DNA of 64,000 bases, from positions 50,928 to 114,927 of the forward strand of contig CALMYE010000303.1 in assembly GCA_937873425.1 (NCBI GenBank), given 5' to 3'. This stretch comes from an uncultured Sphingopyxis sp. GTDB lineage: Bacteria; Pseudomonadota; Alphaproteobacteria; Sphingomonadales; Sphingomonadaceae. The position numbers and the translations under genes are program-made. This document shows positions 28,655-38,303 of the stretch, piece after piece (the stretch's first letter is position 1; every line of letters starts with the position of its first letter). Under the pieces are notes generated by a model. It worked only from the letters and a program-made list of their open reading frames with translations. It was not told the origin of the DNA and did no database searches.

Positions 28655-28983
28655 CGTGTCCGCCGATGACCGCGCCACCGGAGCATCAGACCGCTCGTCA
28701 CGGACGAGAGCCAGATCAGGACCAGCCCGCTTGCGAAGCAAGCGATTCCGACCGTCACCGACGCCTGCGTAAACAGCGACGTCGGCTGGTCAACCAGCAG
28801 TCCGGCGATGAGAACGAGGCCAGCCATCATGACGGATTCGATCATGACGAGCCGGAACCGCCAACCCAGTGCCTGCCGCTCGGCCACTGCCGCAACGGCC
28901 GCGTCGAACAGCGCCCGATCGGCGGGCAACATGGCGTCGAGCTGCATCGCTAGCTCGTCGGGATGGAGCGAAGGCCGCTTCAT
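28651..28983 (-). CDS. Small hypothetical membrane protein
   Basis: Two TM segments; ATGA coupled to traC. Confidence 0.6.
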   Translation of the reverse strand: MKRPSLHPDELAMQLDAMLPADRALFDAAVAAVAERQALGWRFRLVMIESVMMAGLVLIAGLLVDQPTSLFTQASVTVGIACFASGLVLIWLSSVTSGLMLRWRGHRRTR

Positions 28984-31508
28984 GCCGCTGGCTCCGATGC
29001 TCGCGGCAAGTCGCGGCTATCGCCCAATATCTCGCGGGGATCGACGTCGGCGAGCTCGCACACAGCCTCGAGCGGCGATCGCCCGGCCCGGATCAGTGCT
29101 TCGAACGCCGCGACTTCGCCGGGCGCGCTGGTGTTGATCCAGTAGCTGAAGGGATCGACGACAAGCCGCGCGACCCCGAGCCCGAGCGGAGAGTCGATGA
29201 AGACCTCGCTATAGTTCGGCTTGTTGTTGCGGACCGATTTCAGGAGGTCGAGGACGAACCCGGAATAGTCAAGAATTTTGCTCTCGACAGCACGATCATA
29301 GGTGGAGCCTTGCAGGAGGAACCGCGTCGCCGCATTCTCGAGGATGACTTGGCCTGTGCCGCCGAACAGCGTGAGGTCGTTCATAGACTGGAGGACGATG
29401 CCGAAGCTGCCCTGATATTTGCGGGCACGGCGGTAGCCTTGTGCGAAGGCTTCAGCCAGCCGCGACAGATCCTGACCATCGCTTTTCGTCATGAACTGCG
29501 CTGCTTCGTCACAAAGCACGAAGCGGGGCCGGTCGCGCGCCGAGAGGTAGAGCTCCTGCGTCACCGCATTTACCACCACCATGACGATGACGTTGAACAG
29601 GTCAGGCATGGCTTTCAGCCGCTCGAGCTCGAGGACGACGAACTCGTCGGCGGAGATGTCGAAGGTCGACGGCCCGTTGAAGAAGTGCCCGTAAGCGCCA
29701 TCCGAGCCGAAATCCCTGAGATTGAACGCGAGCTCGCGCGCGACCGGCTTCAGATGCTCGACACGGTCGAGATCGGCTGCGGCAAATTGCGGATAGGCAC
29801 CGAGCCAGGCGCGGACCGAGTCGATGCCTTCATCGGCATAGCCCCCATCGATCGTCCACTGGACGGCCGACTTGATGAGATTCCATTCTGAGGTCGAAAC
29901 GCCTTTGCGCGTCGCCGCGTTCCCCATCTCGGCAACGATCGCGACCGCCATCGCGATCGCCGAATGCTTGTCCTCGCCGTCTAGCGCGAGCCCGAGGTCG
30001 AACGGGTTCAGAACCAGCCGTTCCTCGCCGACGTCGATATAACGACCCGAGCAGAGGGTGCAGAGCTTGCGGTAGGATCCGCCAATGTCGATGATGCGGA
30101 TGAGGGCGTTCTGGGCATAATATTGCCGGCAGAGATCGTTGAGGAGGAAACTCTTGCCCGCGCCGCTTTCGGCCGCGACCACAAAATTATAATTGTTGAT
30201 GCGCGGATCGAAGAGGTCGAGTGTGACGAGCTGACCCTTGCGGCCCACATAGAGCAGGGCAGGGCGGCCGCCTCCGCGAAAGTCGGTCTGGATCGGCGCC
30301 ATCAGCGCTGCCGCCTTCACCGGCATCCGGAAATCGCGCTCGAGCATCTTGATCGTTCGGCGCTCGGGATAAAGGCCGAACGGCAGGCTCGCGGTCAGCA
30401 AGATCGGATTGAGGTAGGATTCTTCCTGCACCATCCAGGGCAGCGGTTCACTTTCCCAGAGGCGCTTGGCGCGCGCGGCCATCTCGCGGGCGTGATGGGA
30501 ATCGCGGCCGAACACCCAGACGGTCGGCATGACCGAGACGAAACGGCTGTTGCCGGCCTCGTCGAGCACCCAGCCGATTTCCTCGATCTGTTTGCCGACC
30601 TCGACCGCAAAGCTGCCCGCCGCTTTCTGCGCCGACAATATCTGGGCGCGCTTGTGAATTTCGAACTGCGAATGGTCGAAGAGGATGTTGAGGCAATAGA
30701 GGAAGGGGCCGCCAATCTGGTCGCTGTCCTCGGCGCTCCCGCGCATCCCGCCCATCAGCCGGTTCATGTGTTCCGCGGTAACCCGCCTCGCCGGCGCTTT
30801 CGGCGTCAGGCAGCGTGCGACCTGGCCCCCGAGGAACACTTCGGGTCCGTCGAAAGCGAGATCGGGGCCGGCATCGACGATCTGCTTGCGGATCGGCGGG
30901 GCGGGGTGCCCGGCTGCACCGCTGGCGAATACGCCAGGAGCGTCCTCGAAGACGCCGTTGAAGATACGGCGATAGAAGGAGATCATTTCGTGCGGCTCGA
31001 CGCGGCGAATGCCGAGCTTGGCAAGCTGCTCTTCGATCTGGCGGCGCAGGTCGCTGTGCATGGGGGCGCGCGTTTTGACAGCGAGGAAGGTCCGGAAATC
31101 ACGCACCGGAATGCCGTGGAGCGCGCCAAGCCCGTTCCGGCCTTCGTTTAGATAAGCGTGCGTCCGGCGCGCCGATGCCTGGATCAGCGGATCTGGCCGG
31201 GTCTTGAGGTCGAGATAGGCGTCGAGCGCTGGCGCAATCAGCGGGTCGGCGAAGCTGATAAGCTGGACGACGCTGTTCTCGGGAAACTGGACGTTGAACA
31301 GGCCGAGCAGCGCCTGGTGAACATGCGCGAACATATAGGCGGTAGGGGTCAACTCCCAAGCATAGCCCCAGCCATCATCGATGCAGAGAAAGGCTTCCTC
31401 TTCCTCGACCCAGGCGACGAGCGGGAGGAAATCCGAATAGCGGTCGCGCGCAACGGCGCGGTGCAGGTCGGAGAAGGTAAGACCACCGCCGGTTCCGGGC
31501 GCCTTCAT
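28980..31508 (-). CDS. traC: VirB4-like ATPase TraC
   Basis: Walker A AESGAGKS, Walker B CDEAAQF, YRRARKYQGS. Confidence 0.95.
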   Translation of the reverse strand: MKAPGTGGGLTFSDLHRAVARDRYSDFLPLVAWVEEEEAFLCIDDGWGYAWELTPTAYMFAHVHQALLGLFNVQFPENSVVQLISFADPLIAPALDAYLDLKTRPDPLIQASARRTHAYLNEGRNGLGALHGIPVRDFRTFLAVKTRAPMHSDLRRQIEEQLAKLGIRRVEPHEMISFYRRIFNGVFEDAPGVFASGAAGHPAPPIRKQIVDAGPDLAFDGPEVFLGGQVARCLTPKAPARRVTAEHMNRLMGGMRGSAEDSDQIGGPFLYCLNILFDHSQFEIHKRAQILSAQKAAGSFAVEVGKQIEEIGWVLDEAGNSRFVSVMPTVWVFGRDSHHAREMAARAKRLWESEPLPWMVQEESYLNPILLTASLPFGLYPERRTIKMLERDFRMPVKAAALMAPIQTDFRGGGRPALLYVGRKGQLVTLDLFDPRINNYNFVVAAESGAGKSFLLNDLCRQYYAQNALIRIIDIGGSYRKLCTLCSGRYIDVGEERLVLNPFDLGLALDGEDKHSAIAMAVAIVAEMGNAATRKGVSTSEWNLIKSAVQWTIDGGYADEGIDSVRAWLGAYPQFAAADLDRVEHLKPVARELAFNLRDFGSDGAYGHFFNGPSTFDISADEFVVLELERLKAMPDLFNVIVMVVVNAVTQELYLSARDRPRFVLCDEAAQFMTKSDGQDLSRLAEAFAQGYRRARKYQGSFGIVLQSMNDLTLFGGTGQVILENAATRFLLQGSTYDRAVESKILDYSGFVLDLLKSVRNNKPNYSEVFIDSPLGLGVARLVVDPFSYWINTSAPGEVAAFEALIRAGRSPLEAVCELADVDPREILGDSRDLPRASEPAA

Positions 31509-32113
31509 GGCCGCGGCTCCGCGCGCGCGGGCACAACCGGCGGCGTCAGTTCGCTTCCGGGCACCTCGCGGATCTGCTCGAGCACCGGCACGCGCGCCGC
31601 GGCTGAGACCGGCGGCACGAGATAGCCGCCGACGACCCAGGAGGGGGGCTCAAGCACCGAATAGACGAAACGCGGCATATAGAGCCGGTCGGGCCGGTTC
31701 CGATCGGCATAGGGCAGGATCAGTGTTCGCACCGCCTGCGCCGGCCGCAGCATCGGCGCCTCGGGCGCCTCGATCAGCCCCTGAAGCTCCCGGTAGACGC
31801 TGTCGCGGTAATCACCATAGGCATCAGCATCGCTGCGTCCTCGGCGCGCGGTGCCGCGCTGGTTCGCCTTGAGCAATATCTTGTCGCGTGTCACCGCCGG
31901 GTCCGAACGCGAAGCCCGGCCCTCCGCCGCATCCTCATAGGCTTTCTCGGGATGGATGCACTGGCCGTGATCGTCGTTCTTGCAGCTGAACTTTTCGCTG
32001 TACGGCGACATCGCTGAGCCGAGCGTTGCGCACCCTGAGAGTGGCAAGACGCCGGCAAGCAAGAGTGCGGCTGAGCAGAGGCGCGCGCGGCGCCGGTTTG
32101 ACATATCGGTCAT
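31505..32113 (-). CDS. traV: Lipoprotein TraV
   Basis: Lipobox LSGC, FSC..C motif, RTLILPY. Confidence 0.87.
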   Translation of the reverse strand: MTDMSNRRRARLCSAALLLAGVLPLSGCATLGSAMSPYSEKFSCKNDDHGQCIHPEKAYEDAAEGRASRSDPAVTRDKILLKANQRGTARRGRSDADAYGDYRDSVYRELQGLIEAPEAPMLRPAQAVRTLILPYADRNRPDRLYMPRFVYSVLEPPSWVVGGYLVPPVSAAARVPVLEQIREVPGSELTPPVVPARAEPRP

Positions 32114-32142
32114 CGATATTCCTCCGAGGATGGGCGGGGGCA

Positions 32143-33435
32143 TCAGAACTTGCTCCCGGCGGTCGGCTTGATCTCGAGCGTGACGCCTTCCTGGATGACG
32201 ACGACGACGTCCTTGGCGGCGCCCACTTCGACGATAGGTCCCGCCTGCCGCGCGAGATCGAGATAGAAGTCGGTGAGCTTGTCGGACGACTTCGAGAGGC
32301 CGCCTGCGATCCCCACCTTGGCGGCGTCGCCGACATCGAGCGTCCGCACCGAACCCAAGGCCGATGTCGACACGTCACCGACCGTGTTCTCGACCGTCTG
32401 GCTGATCCCGCTGATCGTGCCGGCGATGAAGGCGCGCGCGAGACTCGCGCCGGCGCGCGTTACCACCTTGCCCGACAGCCCCTTCTTGCCGTCGGTGTCG
32501 ACGAAGAAACCCTTGATCGGCTGGTCGACCACCGAGCGTTCGTCGAAATCGACGCAGGACAGCGATACGAGCTGGACCTCGACCCGCTCCTTGGCGAGGC
32601 TGCCCGTCGCGTTGCCGATGACGAAGCAGCCCGAGAGATTGGCCTTGACGTCATTCGGCAGCACGGCGGGCGCCTGGACGCGCGCAATCAGCGGCTCGGG
32701 GTTCGAGGTAGCATCGCGGCTCGCGAGCGCGTCGATCCCGGTCAGCAGCCGCGCCTTCATGAAACCAGGTGGCAAATAGATCGTCCGGGTCTTTTTTTTA
32801 GCGCCAGACGGCGCGCCCTTGCCATCGGCCGCGGCAATCGTGCCGGGGGCGGTCACCGCGGCGCCGATCGCGCCGACGGCCTTTTCAACCGGGGGCGCAG
32901 GAGGAGCAGGGGGCGCCGCGGGTGGTGAAGGAGGTGGCGGGATCTCGCCCGTCGCGATTTCGGCATCGCCGGGCGCGGGTGGATAATCCGGTATCGCGCC
33001 CGGCAGAGCCGGGGGAAGCCCGGGGTCGCCGTCGGGAGGTGCGCCTGGCTTGCTGCCGGGCACGACCTTGCCCTCCTCGATCGCGGTGACGCGGTCGCCG
33101 AGCAAGGTCTGGCCATCGAGAATCTTCTGGAGGTCGCCCCGCAGCTTGGTCTCGAGGCTGTCGCCGCGCAGGCCGGCGCCCATGTCGAGCTTGGTCACCG
33201 CTGGCGCCTCGGGCGCCTTCTCATCTCCGCCTGTACTCGCCGCGTAGAGACCGGTACCGAGCATCGCGACGACGCCCGCGACACTCAACTGCTTGGCGCG
33301 CAGCTTCTGTTTCGAGCCCAGCGTCGCCCAGCGCTCCTTGAATGCGAGAAGAGCGGGGCCGCGAGTGGCCTCGGGCGGAAGCGGTTTGCCGACCTCGCCG
33401 AGATCGAGCGGCTCTTGTTCGGGCGTGTCGTTCAT
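32143..33435 (-). CDS. traB: VirB10-like TraB
   Basis: TM, coiled coil, Pro-rich linker; LPPGFMKARLLTG, NLSGCFVIG, GKKGLSGKVV. Confidence 0.92.
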   Translation of the reverse strand: MNDTPEQEPLDLGEVGKPLPPEATRGPALLAFKERWATLGSKQKLRAKQLSVAGVVAMLGTGLYAASTGGDEKAPEAPAVTKLDMGAGLRGDSLETKLRGDLQKILDGQTLLGDRVTAIEEGKVVPGSKPGAPPDGDPGLPPALPGAIPDYPPAPGDAEIATGEIPPPPSPPAAPPAPPAPPVEKAVGAIGAAVTAPGTIAAADGKGAPSGAKKKTRTIYLPPGFMKARLLTGIDALASRDATSNPEPLIARVQAPAVLPNDVKANLSGCFVIGNATGSLAKERVEVQLVSLSCVDFDERSVVDQPIKGFFVDTDGKKGLSGKVVTRAGASLARAFIAGTISGISQTVENTVGDVSTSALGSVRTLDVGDAAKVGIAGGLSKSSDKLTDFYLDLARQAGPIVEVGAAKDVVVVIQEGVTLEIKPTAGSKF

Positions 33436-34196
33436 TCGCCGTCTCCCCGGCGGATAACGATCAGCCGCGCGCTTTCGCCCGCCTTGAGGCTCAGTCGGTC
33501 GAGCGTGACTGCGAAGATGTCGATGCCAAGCGCGCGGTCGAGGAACTGCTGTTCCTCGAGCACGACATCGCTGTCGCTACCGAGGCGATACTCGGAGACG
33601 GAAAGGCCGGAGCCTTCGATCGCGAGACGCCGGCGCTCGACGAGCTGCGCCGAGGGGAGGCCGGCAATCGTGATCGTTCCCGACCGCGGCGCGACCTCGG
33701 TGAAGCTTGCCGGCACGCGGTCCTGAAGCATCGCGAGCGTGATCGACACTGCCCTCTCTTCCTCGACTAGCGGCCCGAGCAGCTCCTCATTGGCCCGTGC
33801 GCGCTGCGGCCGTCCGGGAGCAAGCGTGACCGTTTGCGCGGGAATTTCCGTAGGCTCGGCATAGAGCGGATAGATGGCCCCGTTGCAGCTGATGAAGAAC
33901 TCAGAGGGTGTCGTCACATAGCTGCGCGTCACCATACCCATATCGTCGACTTCCTTGACGAGAAACTTGATCCAGGCGTCGGAGCCCGCGCGCTCGACCG
34001 CGATCGCCTTCTCGGCCGAGAATTTTACATCCTCGATCTCGCCGCCGACGCAGACGATATGATTGACGTCGCGGTTTGAGAGGCGGATCGTGCTCATCTG
34101 GTCGGGAAGGACGGTGATGGCTTGCGCTGATGCGGGCGCGGGCAACAGCAGCGCGGCAACGGGCAGCGCCGCCGCGAGCCTAGCGAGGCTGGACAT
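33432..34196 (-). CDS. traK: TraK outer-membrane core protein
   Basis: Signal peptide; IRLSNRDVNHIVC; position between traE and traB. Confidence 0.85.
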   Translation of the reverse strand: MSSLARLAAALPVAALLLPAPASAQAITVLPDQMSTIRLSNRDVNHIVCVGGEIEDVKFSAEKAIAVERAGSDAWIKFLVKEVDDMGMVTRSYVTTPSEFFISCNGAIYPLYAEPTEIPAQTVTLAPGRPQRARANEELLGPLVEEERAVSITLAMLQDRVPASFTEVAPRSGTITIAGLPSAQLVERRRLAIEGSGLSVSEYRLGSDSDVVLEEQQFLDRALGIDIFAVTLDRLSLKAGESARLIVIRRGDGE

Positions 34197-34821
34197 CGAA
34201 TTTCTCCTCGGTGAGCGAAATGACCCAGAAGCGTCCGTTCTCGACGGCGTAGCGGACGCGAAGTTCGCCGCGGAACTTGCGGATGACACCGCCGATCACG
34301 CGGACCTTCTCGATCGGGACCAGGATGTCACGCTCGGTCCACTGGACCGGCTGATCGGGGCGGATGTAGGTCGCGATCGACAGCGTCGGATTGCCCGCGA
34401 GCTCGTCCAATATGCCGTTCAGGCTGTCGCGCATGCTGTCGTACGCCGATGGATGGACGATCGAGAGCAGTTCCTGGAACTGCCGGTCGGCCGAGTAGGC
34501 CGAATAGGTCCCGGCGAGCGCGACGATATTGCGCGTCATCGTGCGGATATAGGCGGCCGATGGCTTCGAGCCGGTCACATAGAGATCGCCGCCCGAACCG
34601 AACGGCACGACCACCGTGCGCTCTTTCTGGTCCGAGCTGTAAATGACCGTGCCAAGCACCGCGGTAATGCCGAACAGCCCGACGATCGCGAACTTGAGCA
34701 GCCGGTTCTCTTCGAAGAGGTTCGATGAGCCCTGAATGTACCGATGGATCCCGAAGCTGGCGGGTTTACCGAGCAGCGGGTCGACCGGCGCGCTTCGGGG
34801 TTTGCGATGACGCGAGAACAT
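34180..34821 (-). CDS. traE: TraE
   Basis: Single TM then VVVPF; position after traL. Confidence 0.85.
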   Translation of the reverse strand: MFSRHRKPRSAPVDPLLGKPASFGIHRYIQGSSNLFEENRLLKFAIVGLFGITAVLGTVIYSSDQKERTVVVPFGSGGDLYVTGSKPSAAYIRTMTRNIVALAGTYSAYSADRQFQELLSIVHPSAYDSMRDSLNGILDELAGNPTLSIATYIRPDQPVQWTERDILVPIEKVRVIGGVIRKFRGELRVRYAVENGRFWVISLTEEKFDVQPR

Positions 34822-34829
34822 CTGCGGCC

Positions 34830-35096
34830 TCACTCGTAAAATCGGGTTTGGGTCGGACCCGGATAATGGCGAAAGCGAAGCATCCCCCAGCGCCATGCGA
34901 GATGGGCGAGGAAACCGCGCGGCTGCGCGCGCTTCCATGGCAGGAAAAGGAGAAGGGCCGCGATGAACGCCCAACCGACCAGTCCGCCGACGATGACGGC
35001 GACGAAGATGGTGGTGACCACCAACACGAACTCGTCCGATCCGAACCACAGGATCTGAACCGGCTTGTGCAGATATTGGGGCAAGCGTTCGTCCAT
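34830..35096 (-). CDS. traL: TraL
   Basis: LPQYLHKPVQILWFGSDEF, two TM, PRGFLAHLAW. Confidence 0.88.
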   Translation of the reverse strand: MDERLPQYLHKPVQILWFGSDEFVLVVTTIFVAVIVGGLVGWAFIAALLLFLPWKRAQPRGFLAHLAWRWGMLRFRHYPGPTQTRFYE

Positions 35097-35183
35097 CGAC
35101 CCTTCTCCTCCTGCTACGGTCCTCACCAGCGAAGCAAATCGAAAGCGAAGACGAGGGTCCGGGAGCACTTCCTCCCGGTGACC

Positions 35184-35226
35184 GGAACGTGGGCGAGCGT
35201 GGAACCCGAATGCTTGCCCACGTTCC
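35184..35226. promoter_or_regulatory. 15-bp hairpin between traA and traL
   Basis: GGAACGTGGGCGAGC-N13-GCTTGCCCACGTTCC, with one imperfect pair. Confidence 0.6.
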
Positions 35227-35233
35227 GATGCCG

Positions 35234-35548
35234 TCAGATCACCATGCCGAAGGTTTGAAGGATGCTGTCCGCCTTAATGAGGCAGACGGCAGCGACGATC
35301 GTCGGGATGCCGATCATGATATTGCTGAACAGTCGCGACACGCCGAACAGGAAGGCGGCGACGCCCCCGACGAAGCCGAGCGGGCCTTTGACACCCTGGT
35401 TCACGACAATGTCGTAGATGTCGTAGCCGAGATCCCCCGCCACGGGCGCGGTAAAGGCGTGGGCGCTTGCCGCGAGGAGCGACAGAAGCAGGACCGGTAC
35501 GCCGACATCGGCGGCCGAAAGTACGGTTCTGGTAAGTTTTTTGACCAT
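35234..35548 (-). CDS. traA: Conjugative pilin precursor
   Basis: Leader ending SAHA-F then two hydrophobic helices; first gene before traL. Confidence 0.75.
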   Translation of the reverse strand: MVKKLTRTVLSAADVGVPVLLLSLLAASAHAFTAPVAGDLGYDIYDIVVNQGVKGPLGFVGGVAAFLFGVSRLFSNIMIGIPTIVAAVCLIKADSILQTFGMVI

Positions 35549-35732
35549 GAATGATTGCTTTCTTGGGCATTGGGCCGCCCTGAACTCTGCCTGCCGGCAT
35601 CGATGGTGATCGTTGTCGGCCGACGGCGGTGCTGGACGGCCCGAAGGGGCGTCGCCGCCGGCATTCCGGTGCGTTGGGACCGAGAGCGATGATGCTCTCT
35701 GCGTCCGAGCAGCCGCCATGAAGAGATGGAAT

Positions 35733-36569
35733 TCAGCGAGAGACACGGTTGGTCTTCGCCGAGGATAGAAAGGCCTCGATCTCGGCCTGCTGAAATCCGG
35801 AGATGAGCTTGCCGCCCGCGATCAAGGTCGGCGTCCCGCTGACACCAGCGGCGCTGACCACTTTGGCGTGAGCTTCGACCTTTCCGCGGCCTTCAGCGCA
35901 GGTTCGCAGCGCTGTCGGCGCGGCACCCGAATAGATGGCTTTAAAGGCTACCGCCTTATCGACTGAGCACAGGATGTGCTCGGACTTTGCCGCGGCTTCC
36001 GGATGAATGCCGCTCACGAAGAATATGAGACGCCGGACCGGTTTTCCCTCGGCGGCCTTCGCTGCCCAATATCGATTAAGCGCGCGACAATAGGGGCAGT
36101 CGGGATCGGTAAATTCGATCACCGTCGGCGCATCCTTGGGGCCGATTTCAAGCGCCTGTGAGGAGTCTATCGATTTCAGACGGTTGGAGATGCCGGCTTC
36201 CTGCGCGAGGGCTGTCAGATTGACGCCGTTCTTGTCGAAGATCGACGCGAACAAGAGATGCTCGCTCTCGGGCGCATAATAGACGATCCGGCCGCCAGCA
36301 CTCGCTTGATAGATCGCGCCTTTCACCGGCGCCGGTTCGAAATCATCGAACTGGAGATTTGTGAAGGTTTGCTTGAGTTGCTGCTCCGCCTCCGCTGCGG
36401 CTTTTGCCAGCAACACCTTCTCCGTCTTCTCTTGTGCACAAACGACCGGCGAGGCGAGAAGTGCGGCCGCCGCCAGTAAGACGGCAGGTTTCTTGAAGGG
36501 GCCGTTCGCCGATAATGACGATAACCGGAATCGAGGCGCAGCACGATCGTTCGCGGAATCGCATGACAT
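35733..36569 (-). CDS. dsbC: DsbC-family disulfide isomerase
   Basis: DsbC N-domain, FTDPDCPYC, GVSGTPTL; RBS GGGAGG. Confidence 0.9.
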   Translation of the reverse strand: MSCDSANDRAAPRFRLSSLSANGPFKKPAVLLAAAALLASPVVCAQEKTEKVLLAKAAAEAEQQLKQTFTNLQFDDFEPAPVKGAIYQASAGGRIVYYAPESEHLLFASIFDKNGVNLTALAQEAGISNRLKSIDSSQALEIGPKDAPTVIEFTDPDCPYCRALNRYWAAKAAEGKPVRRLIFFVSGIHPEAAAKSEHILCSVDKAVAFKAIYSGAAPTALRTCAEGRGKVEAHAKVVSAAGVSGTPTLIAGGKLISGFQQAEIEAFLSSAKTNRVSR

Positions 36570-36933
36570 GAGTCCTCCCTGGCGCGACGGCGCCCGTTCG
36601 ATGTGGGTTGCGTGAACGTCCGATGAGGCAGCCAGTGATAAGTCAGCCGGTCGGAACGGAGGGATAGATGGACGCGCTGTGAGCCAGCGGCAATCGTGAG
36701 GGCAGGCGCGTTCCCCAAGGCGGCACGATTGTGCCGCAGCCGAGCATCGTGATTCCAACTTTCATATTGGAATCAATGAATTGAAGGGAATTGCGTCAGG
36801 CGCGACACAGACTGAAATCCTTGAAGATGAACGAAGCTAATAGACTGAAAGCATCTCTACTTGCTGTGTCGCTCAGCGATAGCCAGCCTCGCATGGAGCG
36901 CTAGCGCACCACATACTATTCGGACGGAAGCTC

Positions 36934-37410
36934 ATGTCGGACACCAGGACATGCGAGAAGGGCGGCGTCGCTTCGCTGGATCAGCTCAAGGAGTTCTCTG
37001 GGCGGCGCATCGAAAGCGAGCGTCTTCGCCGTCGCTTGAGTCAGGAGCATCTTGCCCGCAGAGTTGGATTGAGCGTTCGTTGGCTACGAGAGATCGAGAG
37101 CGGTAACCCGGCCGTGGCGCTCGATGACCATTTACGTTGCGCAGCGGCGCTCCGTCTCGCGCCCGCGTTCGTCCTTCTTCCCTTGTTGGACCCTGACTAC
37201 AGCCAAGCTTCGTCGATCGATCCAGCGCCATTCGAATGGGCCGACATCGAATATCTGATCTGGACTCATATCGGCAGACGAGCAGGATGGGCTGCACACC
37301 GCGGCGAATTTGAACGCGCCCAGGAACCTCTGCGCGCCGAGGTTCGAGTCCCTGCTGAAAATCAGTCAAGAACAGCACAATCTTTACCTGCTACTCAGGA
37401 TAGGAGCTAA
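36934..37410 (+). CDS. XRE-family HTH regulator divergent from the tra region
   Basis: RLRRRLSQEHLARRVGLSVRWLREIESG. Confidence 0.82.
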   Translation: MSDTRTCEKGGVASLDQLKEFSGRRIESERLRRRLSQEHLARRVGLSVRWLREIESGNPAVALDDHLRCAAALRLAPAFVLLPLLDPDYSQASSIDPAPFEWADIEYLIWTHIGRRAGWAAHRGEFERAQEPLRAEVRVPAENQSRTAQSLPATQDRS

Positions 37411-37552
37411 AATTGCTACTTCTGAAAATTTGTCAAGTGAACCAGGGACAAGGATTTGCGTACCCGAGTTGCATTGCGATCAGAACGACGAAGTTCGGGG
37501 CAAACCGACATCCCAGGATCGTCCAGAACTTGCCAAGATACTCGATGGCTTC

Positions 37553-37960
37553 TGAGCTGCTACCCGTTTCTGGACCGCCCTGCTGGCAGCCTTCCAGCGT
37601 GCTGACATCAGGGCGGGCCATGTGCCGCTGATGCCAACATGAGCGATATCGGTGATTTGTTCTCGATCGCGCTGTGCGGTCGTACCTCGTTGTAGTCCCT
37701 ACGCCAAGCCTCGCATTTTCGCACCGCGTCATCCAGGCTCATGAACCAGTGGGCGTTAAGGCATTCCTTGCCGTTGAAGCTCTCGATGAACGCGTTGTCG
37801 GTGGGCTTGCCAGGCCGCGAGAAGTCGAGCGTCACGCCCTTCATGTAGGCCCACAGATCGAGCTCGCGGGAGATAAAATTCGCTGCCATTGTCAGCCCTG
37901 ATCGAGGCGGGATAACCCACTTGCGCGCAGCCCCGTTCCAGCACCTCGAACACATCCGGT
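37553..37960 (-). mobile_element. IS3-family remnant (orfB C-terminus, frameshifted, plus right end)
   Basis: IRADNGSEF / ISRELDLWAY...FSRPGKPTDNAFIESFNGK; terminal CA at 37553; fused to an IS481 fragment. Confidence 0.85.
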
Positions 37961-37961
37961 G

Positions 37962-38302
37962 TCCGGTGCAGGCGCGATTGCCGCTCGACGACGTGTTCAT
38001 CGCGCTGAAGGACGTGATCCCACACCTGACACGCTCGTCGCTGCACCGTTGCCTGCAACGCCACGGGATCAGTCGGTTGCCCAAAGCCGATCGGGAGAAG
38101 CCGAAGAAGTTCAAGAAATATGAGATTGGCTACTTCCACGTCGATATCGCGGAACTGCGCTATGAAGGCGGAAGAGGCTTCCTCTATGTCGAAGTGGACC
38201 GCACCTCGAAGCTGGTGTTCGCCCGCATCTATCGCCGGGCGACCAAGCTTGCCGCGGCAGCGTTCCTGCGCGTGCTTATCAAGACGGTGCCATACAGGAT
38301 CC
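37962..38302 (+). mobile_element. IS481-family fragment, left part (5' deleted, interrupted by IS66)
   Basis: VQARLPLDD...TVPYRI, closely similar to the intact copy at 48090-49037. Confidence 0.88.
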
Positions 38303-38303
38303 G

